A DNA stretch of 64,000 nt from Cyanophora paradoxa CCMP329 (GCA_004431415.1 QPMI01000564.1:62001-126000); one strand, 5' to 3'. Positions 1 to 12,279 are shown, counted from the stretch's first letter. The notes: a model not told the origin generated them from the sequence alone. Numbers and translations: made by a program.

Positions 1-14
1 GCAATACGTCTAAT

Positions 15-2552
15 TTGGTTGAGTTAACCGATGATGAAATTATTGAGCGCATCAATAACTCAAAGAAACGGGACAATATGACCTATCCTACATGGGCGGA
101 ATGCATACAACCTGATCAAGTGACTCGTGTTTATCTGGATCTGGACAAGTTCGTTGATCTGAAACCTGATGTAGCCGACAACTATAAGGAAGCCGAAGAG
201 ATCATCAGGGAAATGCGCAAGAAATTGCAAACCCTGTCGGGATCTACAATTGCGGTTGCTGTTCGCCATCGCCGGGTTCATTTAATCAAAGAGAATGTCA
301 CTAAGTTCAAGATTTCCGGGCATTTCGTATTTACCGATCTGGCCTGCCGCCACGAAGACATTCCAAAGCTTTTTAAAGCGATGGGTCTCATCAAAAATGT
401 TGAATTCGATAGTGGCGTTTATGGAACAACTCAAAACCTGATCTGCCTCCGTTGCTGCAAAGGCGAAGCTTTGGACGCTCAAAGCAAATCAAAGCACGAT
501 GTCGATAAGAATGTGGTGTTCACTAAGTTTATTGATTGCGAGAAAGAAGGCATGCACGATGGTTTTTTCCTGGTGCAATGTTTCGATCGCCCCACTAAGT
601 GGGTGGAAGTAGACACCATGTCAGCCTTTGCGGTCGATAAACCAAAGGAAGCTACAAAGCCTGAGGAACCTAAGCAAACGGTGGCGCCCAAGTCTGTTAA
701 GGACAAGCCCTGTAAAGAACCTGTGAAGAAGAAGGAGGAGGTGTTGGAGGATCTCAAAGATAATAAGGTTTCGTTTGAACTGTTGCAAGAAGTCATTATG
801 AGCCTCAGTGGCGAGCGAGCTAATGAATATAAGACATGGATCGACGTAGGTATTGCTATAATCAATACTTGCGAAGACAACAATATCCCTCGCAAGCAAC
901 AAGTAGAGCTATTTCATAAGTTCTCGGAGAAAAGCGAAAAATATGAATATGATGACTGTCATGAGAAGTTCATGAGCCTTTGCAAAGGCAAGAAAATGGT
1001 GGAAGGGAAGCGAGTCACATTCGGTTCGATTGTTTACTGGCTGAAAAAGGATAACAGCGACAGTTATAATAAGCTATTCCCCAAGAAATATTCGTTTCAG
1101 CCTGAGGATTCCGACGATATTGACTACAAGACTGCCCCCATTCCACCTATGGTCGATAGCTTTGAAGTCCATCTGCGATATTTAAATGCGAGGCTGCATC
1201 ACATCGAGAGCATCGGCACTGTCATGTATTGGGATGAACAGCTATTATCCTGGCGACCGAAAGATATTACGAAATTGGCGACCAAACATTTTCCCCATCT
1301 GTTTCACAAGGTGATTCTCAATGAGGGGACTGAGAACCAAACCGAAAAGTGGGTAAAAACGCTACCTGAATGGATTACTGACCCAAGGGCGACACGATCC
1401 ACTTATATGGATTTCCTGCCGCCTCCTGCAAAGCTGAGCGCGAAATGCAAGTCTGTGTTTAATCTCTACCCTGGATTCAAGATTGATCATGAAGAATTCG
1501 AGGAGCCGCCCCCCGAGGATGTGACAGAAGAGATGATTCAGCCTTTTCTGACACATCTATATTTAATGTCAGGCGAAGATGATAAGACATTCGATTATCT
1601 TAAAAAGTGGTTTGCCCACATGATGCAAAAGCCGGGGGAACTAAATAACGTGTCCCTCATCTTCCTAGGTCGCCAAGGCGCTGGAAAGAATATGCTCATT
1701 GATACCTTTGAGAAGAAGATCCTCGGTGATGCATTGGCATACTCGACAGCCAAACCAAAGGATGATCTATTCGGGCGATTTGCTCACAATCGGGAGGATA
1801 AGATTATGATTGTGGTAAATGAAGCTTCTGGAAAGGATACCTTTGAACATAGCGACCTTCTCAAAGATATTGTCACAGCCCCGAAGATTGTAATCGAGCA
1901 CAAGGGAATCGATTCTTATGATAAGACGAATTTCGCGCGAATCGTTTTCACAAGCAACAATACTGTCCCTGTCAAGATCGAGGCTGATGATCGTCGCTTT
2001 GTGGTCATTGAGGTGAGTGACAAACAGCGCTGTAATAAGGATTATTTCGCCCCGCTTGTTGAGTGGCTGAATGATATGAGAAATATTCGAAATATCGTTC
2101 AGTATCTCAGGACGAAAGTAAATTGCGAGAAAGTCAATTGGAGTCAAGACAGACCGCTTACAAACCGATACTACTTAGTTCAGCAAGCGGCTGCACCGAT
2201 TATTCTTATGTTTGCGAAGTGGCTTGTCGATAGTGAGCGGGTTACAGAGCTGAAAACCAAGCTGGGCGGTCTTGCATCGACATGGGAGCTGTTCAAAGAC
2301 TTCATCTCTGAAAACAAATATAAAAACGATTATAATAGCAAGCGGTTCTATACTGAGATGCGCACGACTACATATATTCAAGTGAAAACGACCAATGGAA
2401 AATCTAACTATCACTTCCTGTGGAATGAGATGATGGCTGAATTCCGAAAGTTGAAGCTAATCGATGATGATTCGATTAAAGAAGATGATTCTCCTCAGCC
2501 GCAACCAAAGAAAAGGGGCACCAAATTCGAGGATTCAGATGTGGAAGCCTGA
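15..2552 (+). CDS. AEP primase / PriCT-2 / D5-like SF3 helicase fusion (true start may lie upstream of the window)
   Basis: AEP motifs RVYLDLD, SGHFV, FDSGVY; PriCT-2-like YKTWIDVGIAI..FHKFSEKSEKY; Walker A LGRQGAGKN, Walker B VVNEA, motif C FTSNN, DDRRF. Confidence 0.9.
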   Translation: MVELTDDEIIERINNSKKRDNMTYPTWAECIQPDQVTRVYLDLDKFVDLKPDVADNYKEAEEIIREMRKKLQTLSGSTIAVAVRHRRVHLIKENVTKFKISGHFVFTDLACRHEDIPKLFKAMGLIKNVEFDSGVYGTTQNLICLRCCKGEALDAQSKSKHDVDKNVVFTKFIDCEKEGMHDGFFLVQCFDRPTKWVEVDTMSAFAVDKPKEATKPEEPKQTVAPKSVKDKPCKEPVKKKEEVLEDLKDNKVSFELLQEVIMSLSGERANEYKTWIDVGIAIINTCEDNNIPRKQQVELFHKFSEKSEKYEYDDCHEKFMSLCKGKKMVEGKRVTFGSIVYWLKKDNSDSYNKLFPKKYSFQPEDSDDIDYKTAPIPPMVDSFEVHLRYLNARLHHIESIGTVMYWDEQLLSWRPKDITKLATKHFPHLFHKVILNEGTENQTEKWVKTLPEWITDPRATRSTYMDFLPPPAKLSAKCKSVFNLYPGFKIDHEEFEEPPPEDVTEEMIQPFLTHLYLMSGEDDKTFDYLKKWFAHMMQKPGELNNVSLIFLGRQGAGKNMLIDTFEKKILGDALAYSTAKPKDDLFGRFAHNREDKIMIVVNEASGKDTFEHSDLLKDIVTAPKIVIEHKGIDSYDKTNFARIVFTSNNTVPVKIEADDRRFVVIEVSDKQRCNKDYFAPLVEWLNDMRNIRNIVQYLRTKVNCEKVNWSQDRPLTNRYYLVQQAAAPIILMFAKWLVDSERVTELKTKLGGLASTWELFKDFISENKYKNDYNSKRFYTEMRTTTYIQVKTTNGKSNYHFLWNEMMAEFRKLKLIDDDSIKEDDSPQPQPKKRGTKFEDSDVEA

Positions 2553-2771
2553 CCCCACCCTACACCCCACCTGGTTTCATTCTAACATTGATATATCTTA
2601 TTTTTATAACTTAAAACACATTGAATTTCAGTGTAAATCATGGTTGTTAATACAGGGTGGGGAGGGTGGGGTTGGGTGGGGTCTTTTTTGCCCAAAATGT
2701 TTGGGTGGGAGAATTTTTTATTGGAACTCAAAAAATGCCCCACCTCACCCCACCCTCCCCACCCTATCGAA
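2553..2771. repeat. Origin-like G/C-tract inverted repeat, copy 1
   Basis: AGGGTGGGGAGGGTGGGGTTGGGTGGGGTCTTTTTT ... AAAAAATGCCCCACCTCACCCCACCCTCCCCACCCT, immediately after the helicase stop codon. Confidence 0.8.
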
Positions 2772-2811
2772 AAACAAAAAACGTCAGTAATTTACAACGT
2801 ATACAATCGGC

Positions 2812-3666
2812 TTACGTTTCTACGGTTATGTTTATATAATCCATCGTGAAGTGTTTTTTGAGTAGTTCAATGGTTTGCTCGACAGTAGTCGTTTCCCATG
2901 TGAAAACCCTAACCCTATTGCAATTGAGGGATTTTGGTATATCCTTCCTGTTCAATGGGACTCGAAAACCTATGGTAACCTGAACCCCATCGAGCGAACT
3001 GCACTCTGCTAACCGATTTATGAATTGCTTTCTGTCAGCTCTGAACTTCTCAATATCGTCCTCACGGCTTTCTTCCATTGATTCAATGAAGTCCGTTGCC
3101 CACATCGCGAACGCTCTTAAATTCATTTCTTTCTGAAAGCGTTCAAGCCATTTTTCGTCCCTGAGGCGCCTTTGGTGTTCCTCAAACATCCTCTGGTGTT
3201 CCTCGAATAATCTAATGCGTTCTGCTCTTTGCTCTCTCTCCGCTTCTTCTTCTTTCAGTCTTTCATGCTGCTCCTCGATCCACCTCTGACGTGCAATGAG
3301 TGGGCGACACTTCTTACAGTAGTTGTCTTTGCGGTTCCTGTGACGATCCCCACAGTGCTTACAAACATCACAGCGGAACTCTTTGGGAATAAAGCGTTTT
3401 ATACAGCAATTTCCAACAACAACAGGGATCTTTTTGGCGACATGCAATATATAACACTGCTCCACTATTTCATGCGTGCATGCACATGTAGGGGAATCCC
3501 GAGGGAGATGATGTAGGTCTAAATCGTATTTTTTCAGTTTGGTCGAGAGCAACCCAAGGTTTTTGTTACTTCCTAAGCTTACATAGTCATGGAAATCATC
3601 AGAGCCACACAGGTCGCGCAAGGCTTCCTTTAAGCGCTCCAAATAGGACATCGGTTTCGCCGCCAT
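2812..3666 (-). CDS. Cys/His-rich Zn-binding viral hypothetical protein
   Basis: CACTHEI..VGNCCIKRF..CKHC..CKKC pattern of the kind seen in large-DNA-virus hypotheticals; coiled-coil middle. Confidence 0.65.
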   Translation of the reverse strand: MAAKPMSYLERLKEALRDLCGSDDFHDYVSLGSNKNLGLLSTKLKKYDLDLHHLPRDSPTCACTHEIVEQCYILHVAKKIPVVVGNCCIKRFIPKEFRCDVCKHCGDRHRNRKDNYCKKCRPLIARQRWIEEQHERLKEEEAEREQRAERIRLFEEHQRMFEEHQRRLRDEKWLERFQKEMNLRAFAMWATDFIESMEESREDDIEKFRADRKQFINRLAECSSLDGVQVTIGFRVPLNRKDIPKSLNCNRVRVFTWETTTVEQTIELLKKHFTMDYINITVET

Positions 3667-3812
3667 GCTCTTTACAATTACAGACGGAAAACGTTTTTCA
3701 TGTCATTTTTTGCATTCTCTTTAAATGATTTCCGACATTCGGCATCGGATGAATCACTCCCGATGCAAAAATTGATGTGATTTTAAAAGAGCCTCTAAAA
3801 ATAGTTATAACA

Positions 3813-4130
3813 ATGGGTAAGAAAAGCAAAAGCAAACGTCAGCGTAGCACGATAGTTGGCGCAACAAGTGGGCGCCCGGTTGTATCTATGATAGATGCAA
3901 ATGTTGGCGAGTTGAAATTAACACCATTCCAACAAGCCATAGCCCAATCAATGTATAAACGAACAGGAACGGGCAACTGTTGTATGATCTGTGGAGATAC
4001 GGAAAAACTCATACCAATATCACAAGGTTTTCATTGTGAATTCTGCTATAATTTTCAGAGAAGGGGAGCATCCTCATTTGATGTCGACATTTCGAATCCG
4101 GTAAGTTGGATTCAGTTTATGCGAATGTAG
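3813..4130 (+). CDS. Small Zn-finger protein
   Basis: Basic N-terminus, CMICGD..CEFC. Confidence 0.5.
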   Translation: MGKKSKSKRQRSTIVGATSGRPVVSMIDANVGELKLTPFQQAIAQSMYKRTGTGNCCMICGDTEKLIPISQGFHCEFCYNFQRRGASSFDVDISNPVSWIQFMRM

Positions 4131-4173
4131 CGAGTCCTTTCTCGAAAATTAAAATGTTCCCTTAGAGTAAAAG

Positions 4174-7100
4174 ATGCCCCGCCAAACTAATCGCCTTATA
4201 AAAGAGAAAAAAGACGAAATATTAGGCTTGTTAGGTAGTCTTTTAGTCACTGGGGAGATCACCGAAGCTGAATATGATCGTAGGGCGGCGATCTTAGATC
4301 GAAAACCCCGCTTAGCTAACCTTGCGAATATTGCCGACGAGCTCTACAATCGCCTGGAAAATGTGGAGCGCTTCTATACCGAAGGGCGGCGCTTAGCCGT
4401 CATAGAACCCGATGAGGAAGACGGTTTCGCAATGAATAAAGCATACGCCTGGTATAGCTATAAGGCGGATGAACAGATAATCTTAGATCCGGTGGAATTT
4501 CTCACTACCATCGCTGCAAACCTGCCTGGGCGGCTGAAAGAGAGGCTGGACGAGCTTAAAGCTATTAAGGTGCGCCTTACTTTCATCTGCCGATACGTAA
4601 AAGTGAGTGATCCTAACGTTTTTATCACCAAACACATTTACAGCGATTATTTCGTAATCACAAGGTCGCGCAATATTCTCACTGAGTTAGTGGGTGTAGC
4701 TCAGCAAATGAATGAACAGATGATACAGGTCGACAGCTATCGGCTCAGTAAATTAGATAAGCTACATGTCGTCGTTTTGTCATATGCGCCGGTGGGCGGG
4801 TGCTACATTGAGACCCCCGAATGGATTGGATTAAAGCGAGCCACAGTAAATATTAAGAATATCGATGGTCACGACTGTTTTAATTACGCTATCCTCGCAT
4901 GGCTGCACAGAAACGACATAAACAGACACAAACGTAATGATCCGTTCCAATATAGGCGGTGGATGACTGAACTCGACTTCTCAGGCATTAATTTCCCGGT
5001 GGCTTGCGATGCTGCATTAATAGATCGTTTCGAGGACAATAATCCCGAGCTGTCAATTAATATATATGGCGCCGATAATGCGACCCAAACCTTTTATCCA
5101 CTGCACATGTCAAGTAATCCGCGTCGTAAATCAAAGGTAAACCTGCTGCTGATCGAGGACGCAAACGGACAGGGTCACTATATTACGATTATGTCACTGA
5201 GCCGCCTCTTAAAGACCACCTTTGATAAAGCAAACGACGGGCGCATTTTCTACTGCGAAACCTGTTTGTCCCGATTCAGATCACAGGACAAACTCGATAA
5301 ACACACCGAATCTAATCGCTGTATCGATTGGAGAATGAGTAAAGGTAAATGCCCGGAACCCGGAAGCTTTATTACTTTCGGACTGCAACACCTAAGGAAA
5401 ATGGTGTGGCTGCCCACTGTCTGTTACTGCAAAGTAGAGATGGAGTCGGTGCCGGTTCCTAATGAACCAAACCGAAGCAAGCGAGAGGTAAAGTCGGTGG
5501 CACTTAATGTTGTTATGGGCTCGCATGTTGAAAATCACGAATTCGAGGGGGTGGATCCGCTGGGTCAGATGTTTACCACGTTAGGGGATCTGTGCCGCGA
5601 GATGCTTAATACCCTATTTACCAACACACCTATGATCCCGCTCACAGAGGCGCAAAAGCAAGCCTATAAGCTCACCAAGCACTGCTACATATGCAATCAG
5701 CGGTTTACCCACGAAAACTTCCCTGTCCGCGATCACTGTCACCAAAGCGGCGATTATATAGGGAAAGCTTGCCGAAAGTGCAATTTACATAGGAGGATCT
5801 CAAAGCAAACGAAAGTAGCCGTGGTTATTGATCGGATGGACGAGTGCGGGCATGCTATATTCCGGAAAATCGCACAGCAAGACGATAAGCTGCGGGTCGA
5901 GATCCTAAGTAAGAATTTCGACGAGTATCTATCTTTACAGTGGGGACTTTACAAGTTTATAGACGCCTCGAATTTCATGGATTTTCAGGCGTCCGATGTT
6001 AATGATCTCATGGTAAAATTCGGTAAATTCAGCATGCTCGCCCATGAGCAATACGGACTGGATCCCACGCATTATGTGAGCGCACCGGGACTATCGTGGG
6101 ACGCGATGTTAAAGCATACGAGGGTCGCGATAGAACAGATCAGTGATGCGGATCAATACGAATTTATTGAGCGGGCAATTAGGGCGGCTTTGCGACCATG
6201 CCCACACGATATGCCGAGGCTAATAGCGAGGATAAACATATAGTCCTATTGGATGCGAATAATCTATATGGCTATGGGCTCAGTCAGCCTTTACCGGTCG
6301 GGACTATCGCTGGGACGACACAAGCACAGCTTTTACCGAGGTTGTAGGGCGGAGTGCATTTATAGAGGTCGACCTTGCGTATCCGGACTATTTAAAGGCT
6401 GACCATCGCGATTTCCCGCTGATCGTGAGTAAAGAGGTAATTACTGCGGACATGCTGAGCGCATATCAGCGTGGGCTTTTGGAGATTAGCGGCGAGAAGC
6501 TAAGTAAAGATCCGAAGCTGATCGCCTCATTTACTCCGAAATATAATTACGTGGTCTCTCAGCCGATGCTGCTCTATATGGTAAAAAAGGGGATCGTAGT
6601 TACTAAGATCCACCGGGTGCTCTCGTTTGCAACCGCTGCATTTATGAAGCCCTATATAGATCTAAACACGAAACTGCGAAAGGAAGCCCGGAATAAATTC
6701 GAGAGCGACTTCTTTAAATTAATGAATAATGCTATTTACGGTAAATGCCTGGAATCGTGTCGCGGGCGCTCCGTGGTAAAGATCGCGAATAGCACGAAGC
6801 TGTTTAAGAAATACGCCGCGAGCCCACTGGTAAAAGCGACGAATGTATTAAACGAAAACGCTGTTGCATTCGAAATGTATAGTAAACACGTAAAACTCGA
6901 TAAACCGGTGGCTATTGGCGCTTATGTGCTGGATGCCGCGAAGCTGCATAATTATAGCTTCTTTTACGACGTGATCCGACCCACCTGGTCGCAAGCTCAG
7001 CTGCTGTTCCACGATACCGACTCGTTCTGTCTGTATATAGAGACCGCGGATCTGGAAGCGGGTATGCGAGCGATCAGCCCCTATTTAGATTGCCCTTATA

Positions 7101-7434
7101 GTCCCGAGAACCGGATGGTTCCCGGTAAATATAAAAATGAGATGCCCGATGTAAAGATAGTGGAGTATGTGGGCTGCGACCGAAGCTATATGCTTTCCGC
7201 ACCGAGAGCTACGACAAGGTAAAAATGAGCGGGACAGCCTCGAAAGAGGTGCATTTCGACGACTTTAAGCGCTGCCTATTTGACGGGATCACAAAAACAG
7301 TAACAGTAGTAAACAAGCAACGGCGATGCCACCACTTATATGATTTGGAGAGCAAGCGGATAGCGCTGACCCAATTCGATAGCAAGCGCTGCATATCAGG
7401 CGACGGCATACATAGCCTTCCATTCGGCTGTTAG
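4174..7434 (+). pseudogene. Polinton/adintovirus-type family B DNA polymerase (pPolB), split by about 3 frameshifts
   Basis: EndoVII-like CYIC..VRDHCH..CRKCN; YGLDPTHYVSAPGLSWDAMLK; motif A LDANNLYG (~6250-6275, between called ORFs), motif B KLMNNAIYGK, motif C FHDTDS; C-terminal FDSKR..SLPFG. Confidence 0.9.
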
Positions 7435-7840
7435 TCGTCTATCTTATCGTGCGTTCTTTTTCTTGGTTTGCGCTCTAATTGAAGGAGCTGTCGCCTTAGG
7501 ATATGGAGAAGCCATATGCACCGTAAAAAAGGGGTCGTCCGGGTCGATTAGGAAGTAATTAGGGATCGGGTGCGCGTCCCATACCGGGGCGTCCATTCTA
7601 CTGTTTACTGCACGTTTTTATTGCGCATTTTACAGTGTTTACTTGTAAAGTTTACAACAATTGTGAAAATCTTGACAATAAACGCTCAGGTAGCCTGATT
7701 TTATTGACAGTAAACGTGAGAGTCTCACCGCGGATCGTCAAAAAATGAAAGCCCCGTGGGAAACGCAAAATGATTTAAGGAGAACGCGCTACATTTAGGC
7801 AACAGGAAAATATTTTCTCAGCTTAAAGTAAAAGGCGACA

Positions 7841-8467
7841 ATGAAGTATAAGTATGAGGGCAAGCGCATCTTTACTTCTGATATCGAAAAGGTCACGTTT
7901 AATCTATGGGACTTCTGCGCTTTATACGAAGCTATTAAAGAAGGAAGCCACGGACAAGGAAAGACGTTAGATATCACGGATATAAGCGACATCGGCTATT
8001 TTCCCGAGCACGATAATCCCAAATTATATGCCCTTTCGTCTTCCGATTGCCGCTTGTTCTGCCTGGGAGAACGGAAAGGATGGGATCAATGGGTTATACA
8101 TGATCAATATGTATCTGTTCACGGCTTTGTGTCTTTGATTGATTTCGCAAAGGTTTGTGGATTCGTGAATAATGTAACGGATAGAAGAATACCTCTGTTC
8201 CACAAGGAATCAGCCATGGATGTTTTGTTTGAAGCGCATTATAATAGGGAAAGGCACTATTTGGATATTCACAAAAACCTCGAAAAGCACCACACTAAAT
8301 TCGCGGAATTCGGGCTTGTGATCCGAAACCGAGCTGCCTTGCGTAAATACTTAAAAGAGAACGGAGGGATATGGGATAGTGACGCTCAGCTGTGGTATAC
8401 CGAGAATCATAAAAGCAATCTACTGCAAGTGTTTGAGTGGTCGCACGGATATCCCGATTTACCGTAA
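7841..8467 (+). CDS. Hypothetical protein with C-terminal K-x-x-G-x-x-W-D-x4-W-Y module (DUF5710-like)
   Basis: 208-aa ORF containing LKENGGIWDSDAQLWY. Confidence 0.55.
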   Translation: MKYKYEGKRIFTSDIEKVTFNLWDFCALYEAIKEGSHGQGKTLDITDISDIGYFPEHDNPKLYALSSSDCRLFCLGERKGWDQWVIHDQYVSVHGFVSLIDFAKVCGFVNNVTDRRIPLFHKESAMDVLFEAHYNRERHYLDIHKNLEKHHTKFAEFGLVIRNRAALRKYLKENGGIWDSDAQLWYTENHKSNLLQVFEWSHGYPDLP

Positions 8468-8539
8468 ATAAACAATACCTTTTCTTGTCGCGTGCGAGTA
8501 AAATGTTATATTGATCTTTTTTATTGTCTGATGACAAGG

Positions 8540-9972
8540 ATGTCAAGACCGCCAATAGTAAGACGATCGCAAGATTTAGAGGGGAGCACATTGCAGATCC
8601 CCGTGCCGAAAGAGAATAAAGAGAGCCGCATAGTAAAGCGGTCTGATTTAAAGGCTTTGGTGCCCCGCGACGTGCCCGTAGCCCTTGCTGTCCCGGAGGA
8701 ATCGAAAATCGCCCGCAAGTTTTACAGTCCGCAAACCGGCTTTAAAGGGATCACTAAGCTACGGCAAGAGCTGCCCGACGAGAATTATAAGAAATTGCAA
8801 GAGTGGTATAGCCGGCAAGAGGTCGTCCAAATTAATGCGCCGCACCTATCCCGCAAACGAGACCCGGCTATACCGATCGACAGCCTCTCGATACCTACGT
8901 AATTGATCTGCTATTCTTTCCGGCGTATGCTAAGTATAATGACGGCTACCAAGCGTTTTTGACCGGTATGGAGAACACGTTGCGGGTCGGCTATATTATA
9001 CCGATGCGGGACAAGTCGGCTGCATCGACCTTAGCCGCCTTTATACAGCTACAAAATAAGGCGCCGCGACCAATTTTTAAGATTCAAAGCGACCGCGGCT
9101 CAGAATTCACTAATAGCCTGTTAAGAGAATATTTCGAGAATCAGTTTATAGAGCATCAGATTGCGGACACAGCCGACCATCGCGCGCAAGGGCGCATAGA
9201 AGCATTTAACAAGCAAATGCGGCGGCTGATCACGAGCTACTGCATCGCTAATAATACGGCGCGATTTATAGATGTCCTGCCCGAGTTAGAATATAACTAT
9301 AATAATACGGTGCACTCTGCGACCGGCTATATGCCTGCCGAGACCAACGAGAGTCACTATAAGCTCATAGTTCAAAAAGAAGATGCGAAATTCAAGAAAT
9401 CGATAGCTTATTTGGATCAGATTCAGCCGGGCATGTCAGTAAGGCTACGCATCGAGAAGACGCCATTCGCTAAGGGCGGTAACAATTGGAGCCGAATCGT
9501 ATATACTGTCGCCGCGCGCGAGGGCTATAAGTTTATGCTAACTGATCCGGACGGCAATCGCGTAGAGGGTCGCTTTGCCTTCCACGAGCTATTGCCTGTC
9601 CAAGCTGTGGATTACCTAATGGCGCCCACAGTAGATGCATTAGAGGCGGCGAAGGACGAGGCGCGCGTCGATGCGCAATTGCGTAGAGAGGGCATAGAAG
9701 CCGCCGCGACTGTGCCGCAAGGCACTCTATTAGAGGATCGCGTGCAAAAAGAGAAACGCGTAAATAAAGAATTACAGCGGCTAGTAACCGCCGCGGAGCC
9801 TAAGCTATCCGGCGGCGTTAATAGCCAACGATGGTATAAGTCGTTCTCTAATCAGACTGAGAGCTATAAAGCGCCGGAAACCAAAGCTACATTAAGAAGT
9901 AGTAGAAAAGTAGCAACGGTAGCGCCGGTAGCTAATGGCGATCGAAAAGCGACTCTGAGACCACGAAAGTAG
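8540..9972 (+). CDS. Polinton-type rve (DDE) integrase A, one frameshift near 8880
   Basis: FYSPQTGF N-terminal motif; YVIDLLF / IQSDRGSEF / GRIEAFNK triad; YNNTVHS; VRLRIEKTPFAKGGNNWS. Paralog C reads IPIRQPLDTY across the shift. Confidence 0.9.
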
Positions 9973-10350
9973 TAGGCGCCGCGGTGCTTTCGTAGCCGCC
10001 AAATCGCGCCCTTGCGAATCAGACCGCGCCACTTTGTAGTAGTGTAGAACTACTCTATACGCGCGCGGATGCGAAGTATGACTAGTGGAGCCTCACGGGA
10101 ACGCGCGCCGGCGCGCACGACGTAGGGACACCTCGGTTTTCGGGCACCTGTGCCTATGGAGAATTCGCGCTTCGCGCCATGGTTGAGTAAGCTAGTCAAA
10201 CTAGCACCAACATGCCCGGAAGCAAGTTGTGAGCACGTAGCAATTGAGAGCGCGCCGAGATCGGCTTGCTGTCCAAAGTTATGCCCGGAAAACGAAAGGG
10301 GGGGTCGCCGCCGAGTCGCGATCGCGGTGTTATGGTAAATATTTGCCGGC

Positions 10351-10640
10351 GACTCGGGACTCGGGACTCGGACTCGGACTCCGGGAAGTTGGCAAGTCGG
10401 TCAGTCACTGGTCAGTCATAGTCAGTCAAGTTTTGGTGTCGGCTTGTCGTTAAATCGACAAGTAATGGCGGCTTGTCGAAAAAACGTCAAGTCTGTTGCG
10501 GCTTGTCGTAAAAACGTCAAGCCGACGAAAGATATACCCCAATCGGTTACGCGAGCCTCTACCCCAATCGGTTACGCCCGCATAACCGGTTACGCGAGCC
10601 TCTACCCCAATCGGTTACGGTCACATCCGCGATTGGTCGA
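10351..10640. repeat. Short tandem repeat field downstream of integrase A
   Basis: (GACTCGG)n at 10351-10385, GGCTTGTCG x3 at 10441-10510, CGGTTACG x4 at 10536-10620. Confidence 0.8.
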
Positions 10641-10887
10641 TCGATCGAAAAACACATAAAAAACTACTTTGTGGCATGCTATATGTTTTCGGGATCGCCG
10701 TGATGTGATGACCCCGAATATGTCGGTGACGCCGGTGTATATATGTATATGTCGTGATATGCGAAAAAAACAAAAAAAACAAAAAATGCAAAGTTGTGCG
10801 GGATCACTCACACAGAGGTTCGGACATATATACGAAATATATGCATGACTAAATCGTTATTGTTTTCATAGAACTCGCATGTAGTTT

Positions 10888-10916
10888 GCATGTATCTTGC
10901 ATAGTGGGCGGGGCGC
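10888..10916 (+). repeat. 29-bp motif identical to 33251-33279
   Basis: GCATGTATCTTGCATAGTGGGCGGGGCGC at both sites, each followed by a micro-tandem repeat. Confidence 0.9.
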
Positions 10917-11003
10917 ACTTATCCCCTTCGTATCCACTTCGTATCCACTTCATATCCACTTTGTGTTCACTAAATTATATCGCACTGATTCAGTTTGCAT
11001 TTT

Positions 11004-12026
11004 GCCCCCACCCTACACCCCACCCTATACTACAATCTCGTTATTTCTATACATATTTACTATCTAATTTAATAGAGTTTATACATTGAAATAAGTGAGG
11101 TGTATCGATAAGTAATACAGGGTGGGGAGGGTGGGGTTGGGTGGGGTCTTTTTTGCCCAAAAATATTTGACCCCCAAAAATTTAAGGGATTCAAAAAAAT
11201 GCCCCACCTCACCCCACTTACCCCACCCTATCGAAGTCCGCACGATATCATAGTAGGCTACATCGGGATTGCGATCATATCACAGTGTATACAGTGAGGG
11301 TGGTGCCCCACTTTCTCACCCCACCCTATCGATTCGCGATTCAGGGATCGCGAAATATACAGCACATGATACTTGTTTTTCTTAGTGATCGCGCCGTTCT
11401 AATACGATCTGAATATATCATATCTCGTCGGTATCACGTCGGTTCAATATCGTAATTATTAAATGGTTGGCTGATACCACTTTCACACCCCACCCTCACA
11501 CCCCACCCGGTATTAATTTAACATACATAATCTCTATACTTTATACATTAATTACATTGAAATCAATCATAAATATAATAAAAGATACAGGGTGGGGTAA
11601 GTGGGGTTGGGTGGGGTCTTTTTTGACCAAGAATTTTTGAGGGGGAATTATTTTAGGGAATTCAAAAAAATGCCCCACCTCACCCCACCCGCCCCACCCT
11701 ATCGAAGTTATCGAAGTCCGATAAGTATCAAACCGGAAGTAAAAATAACACATCATGATTTTATGTGTGCCATCTTAGATTGGACTACCATACCGATACC
11801 ACTCACACCCCACCCTCACACCCCACCCAGTATTAATTTAACATACTCAATCATACATATTTATATTTAAATTACATTGAAATCAATCATAGATAAAGAG
11901 AATAATACAGGGTGGGTAAGTGGGGTTGGGTGGGGTCTTTTTTGACCAAGAATTTTTGGGAGTGAAACATTTTAGGGAATTCAAAAAAATGCCCCACCTC
12001 ACCCCACCCGCCCCACCCTATCGAAG
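11004..12026. repeat. Three further copies of the origin-like G/C-tract inverted repeat
   Basis: Cores at 11116-11235, 11586-11706 and 11906-12025, near-identical to 2651-2771. Confidence 0.9.
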
Positions 12027-12279
12027 CTACGTAGGTGATACACATGACTATATGAGGCGCGTCCCAAGCAGCACATTGTAGTTGTTTTAGATACACATCG
12101 CGCATCGTAAACACATATCGGCTATATCGCGATTACATATTATATATACATATTTTACAAAGATTCCACGATACTTATATTATTTTTATTGATTCATTTA
12201 CGAACTACCGATAGAATACATATCACATATCGATATACACTATGATAAAATTGCTAATATCTTTATATAACTTATAGTA

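Noticed and set aside
6170-8900. Programmed frameshifting in pPolB and the integrases
   Set aside because: Shifts are single-base indels, often in short homopolymers, and lie at different positions in paralogs; sequencing error or decay is simpler.
11004-12026. CRISPR-like array
   Set aside because: Units are long palindromes with related, not unique, inner sequences and irregular spacing; no cas genes.
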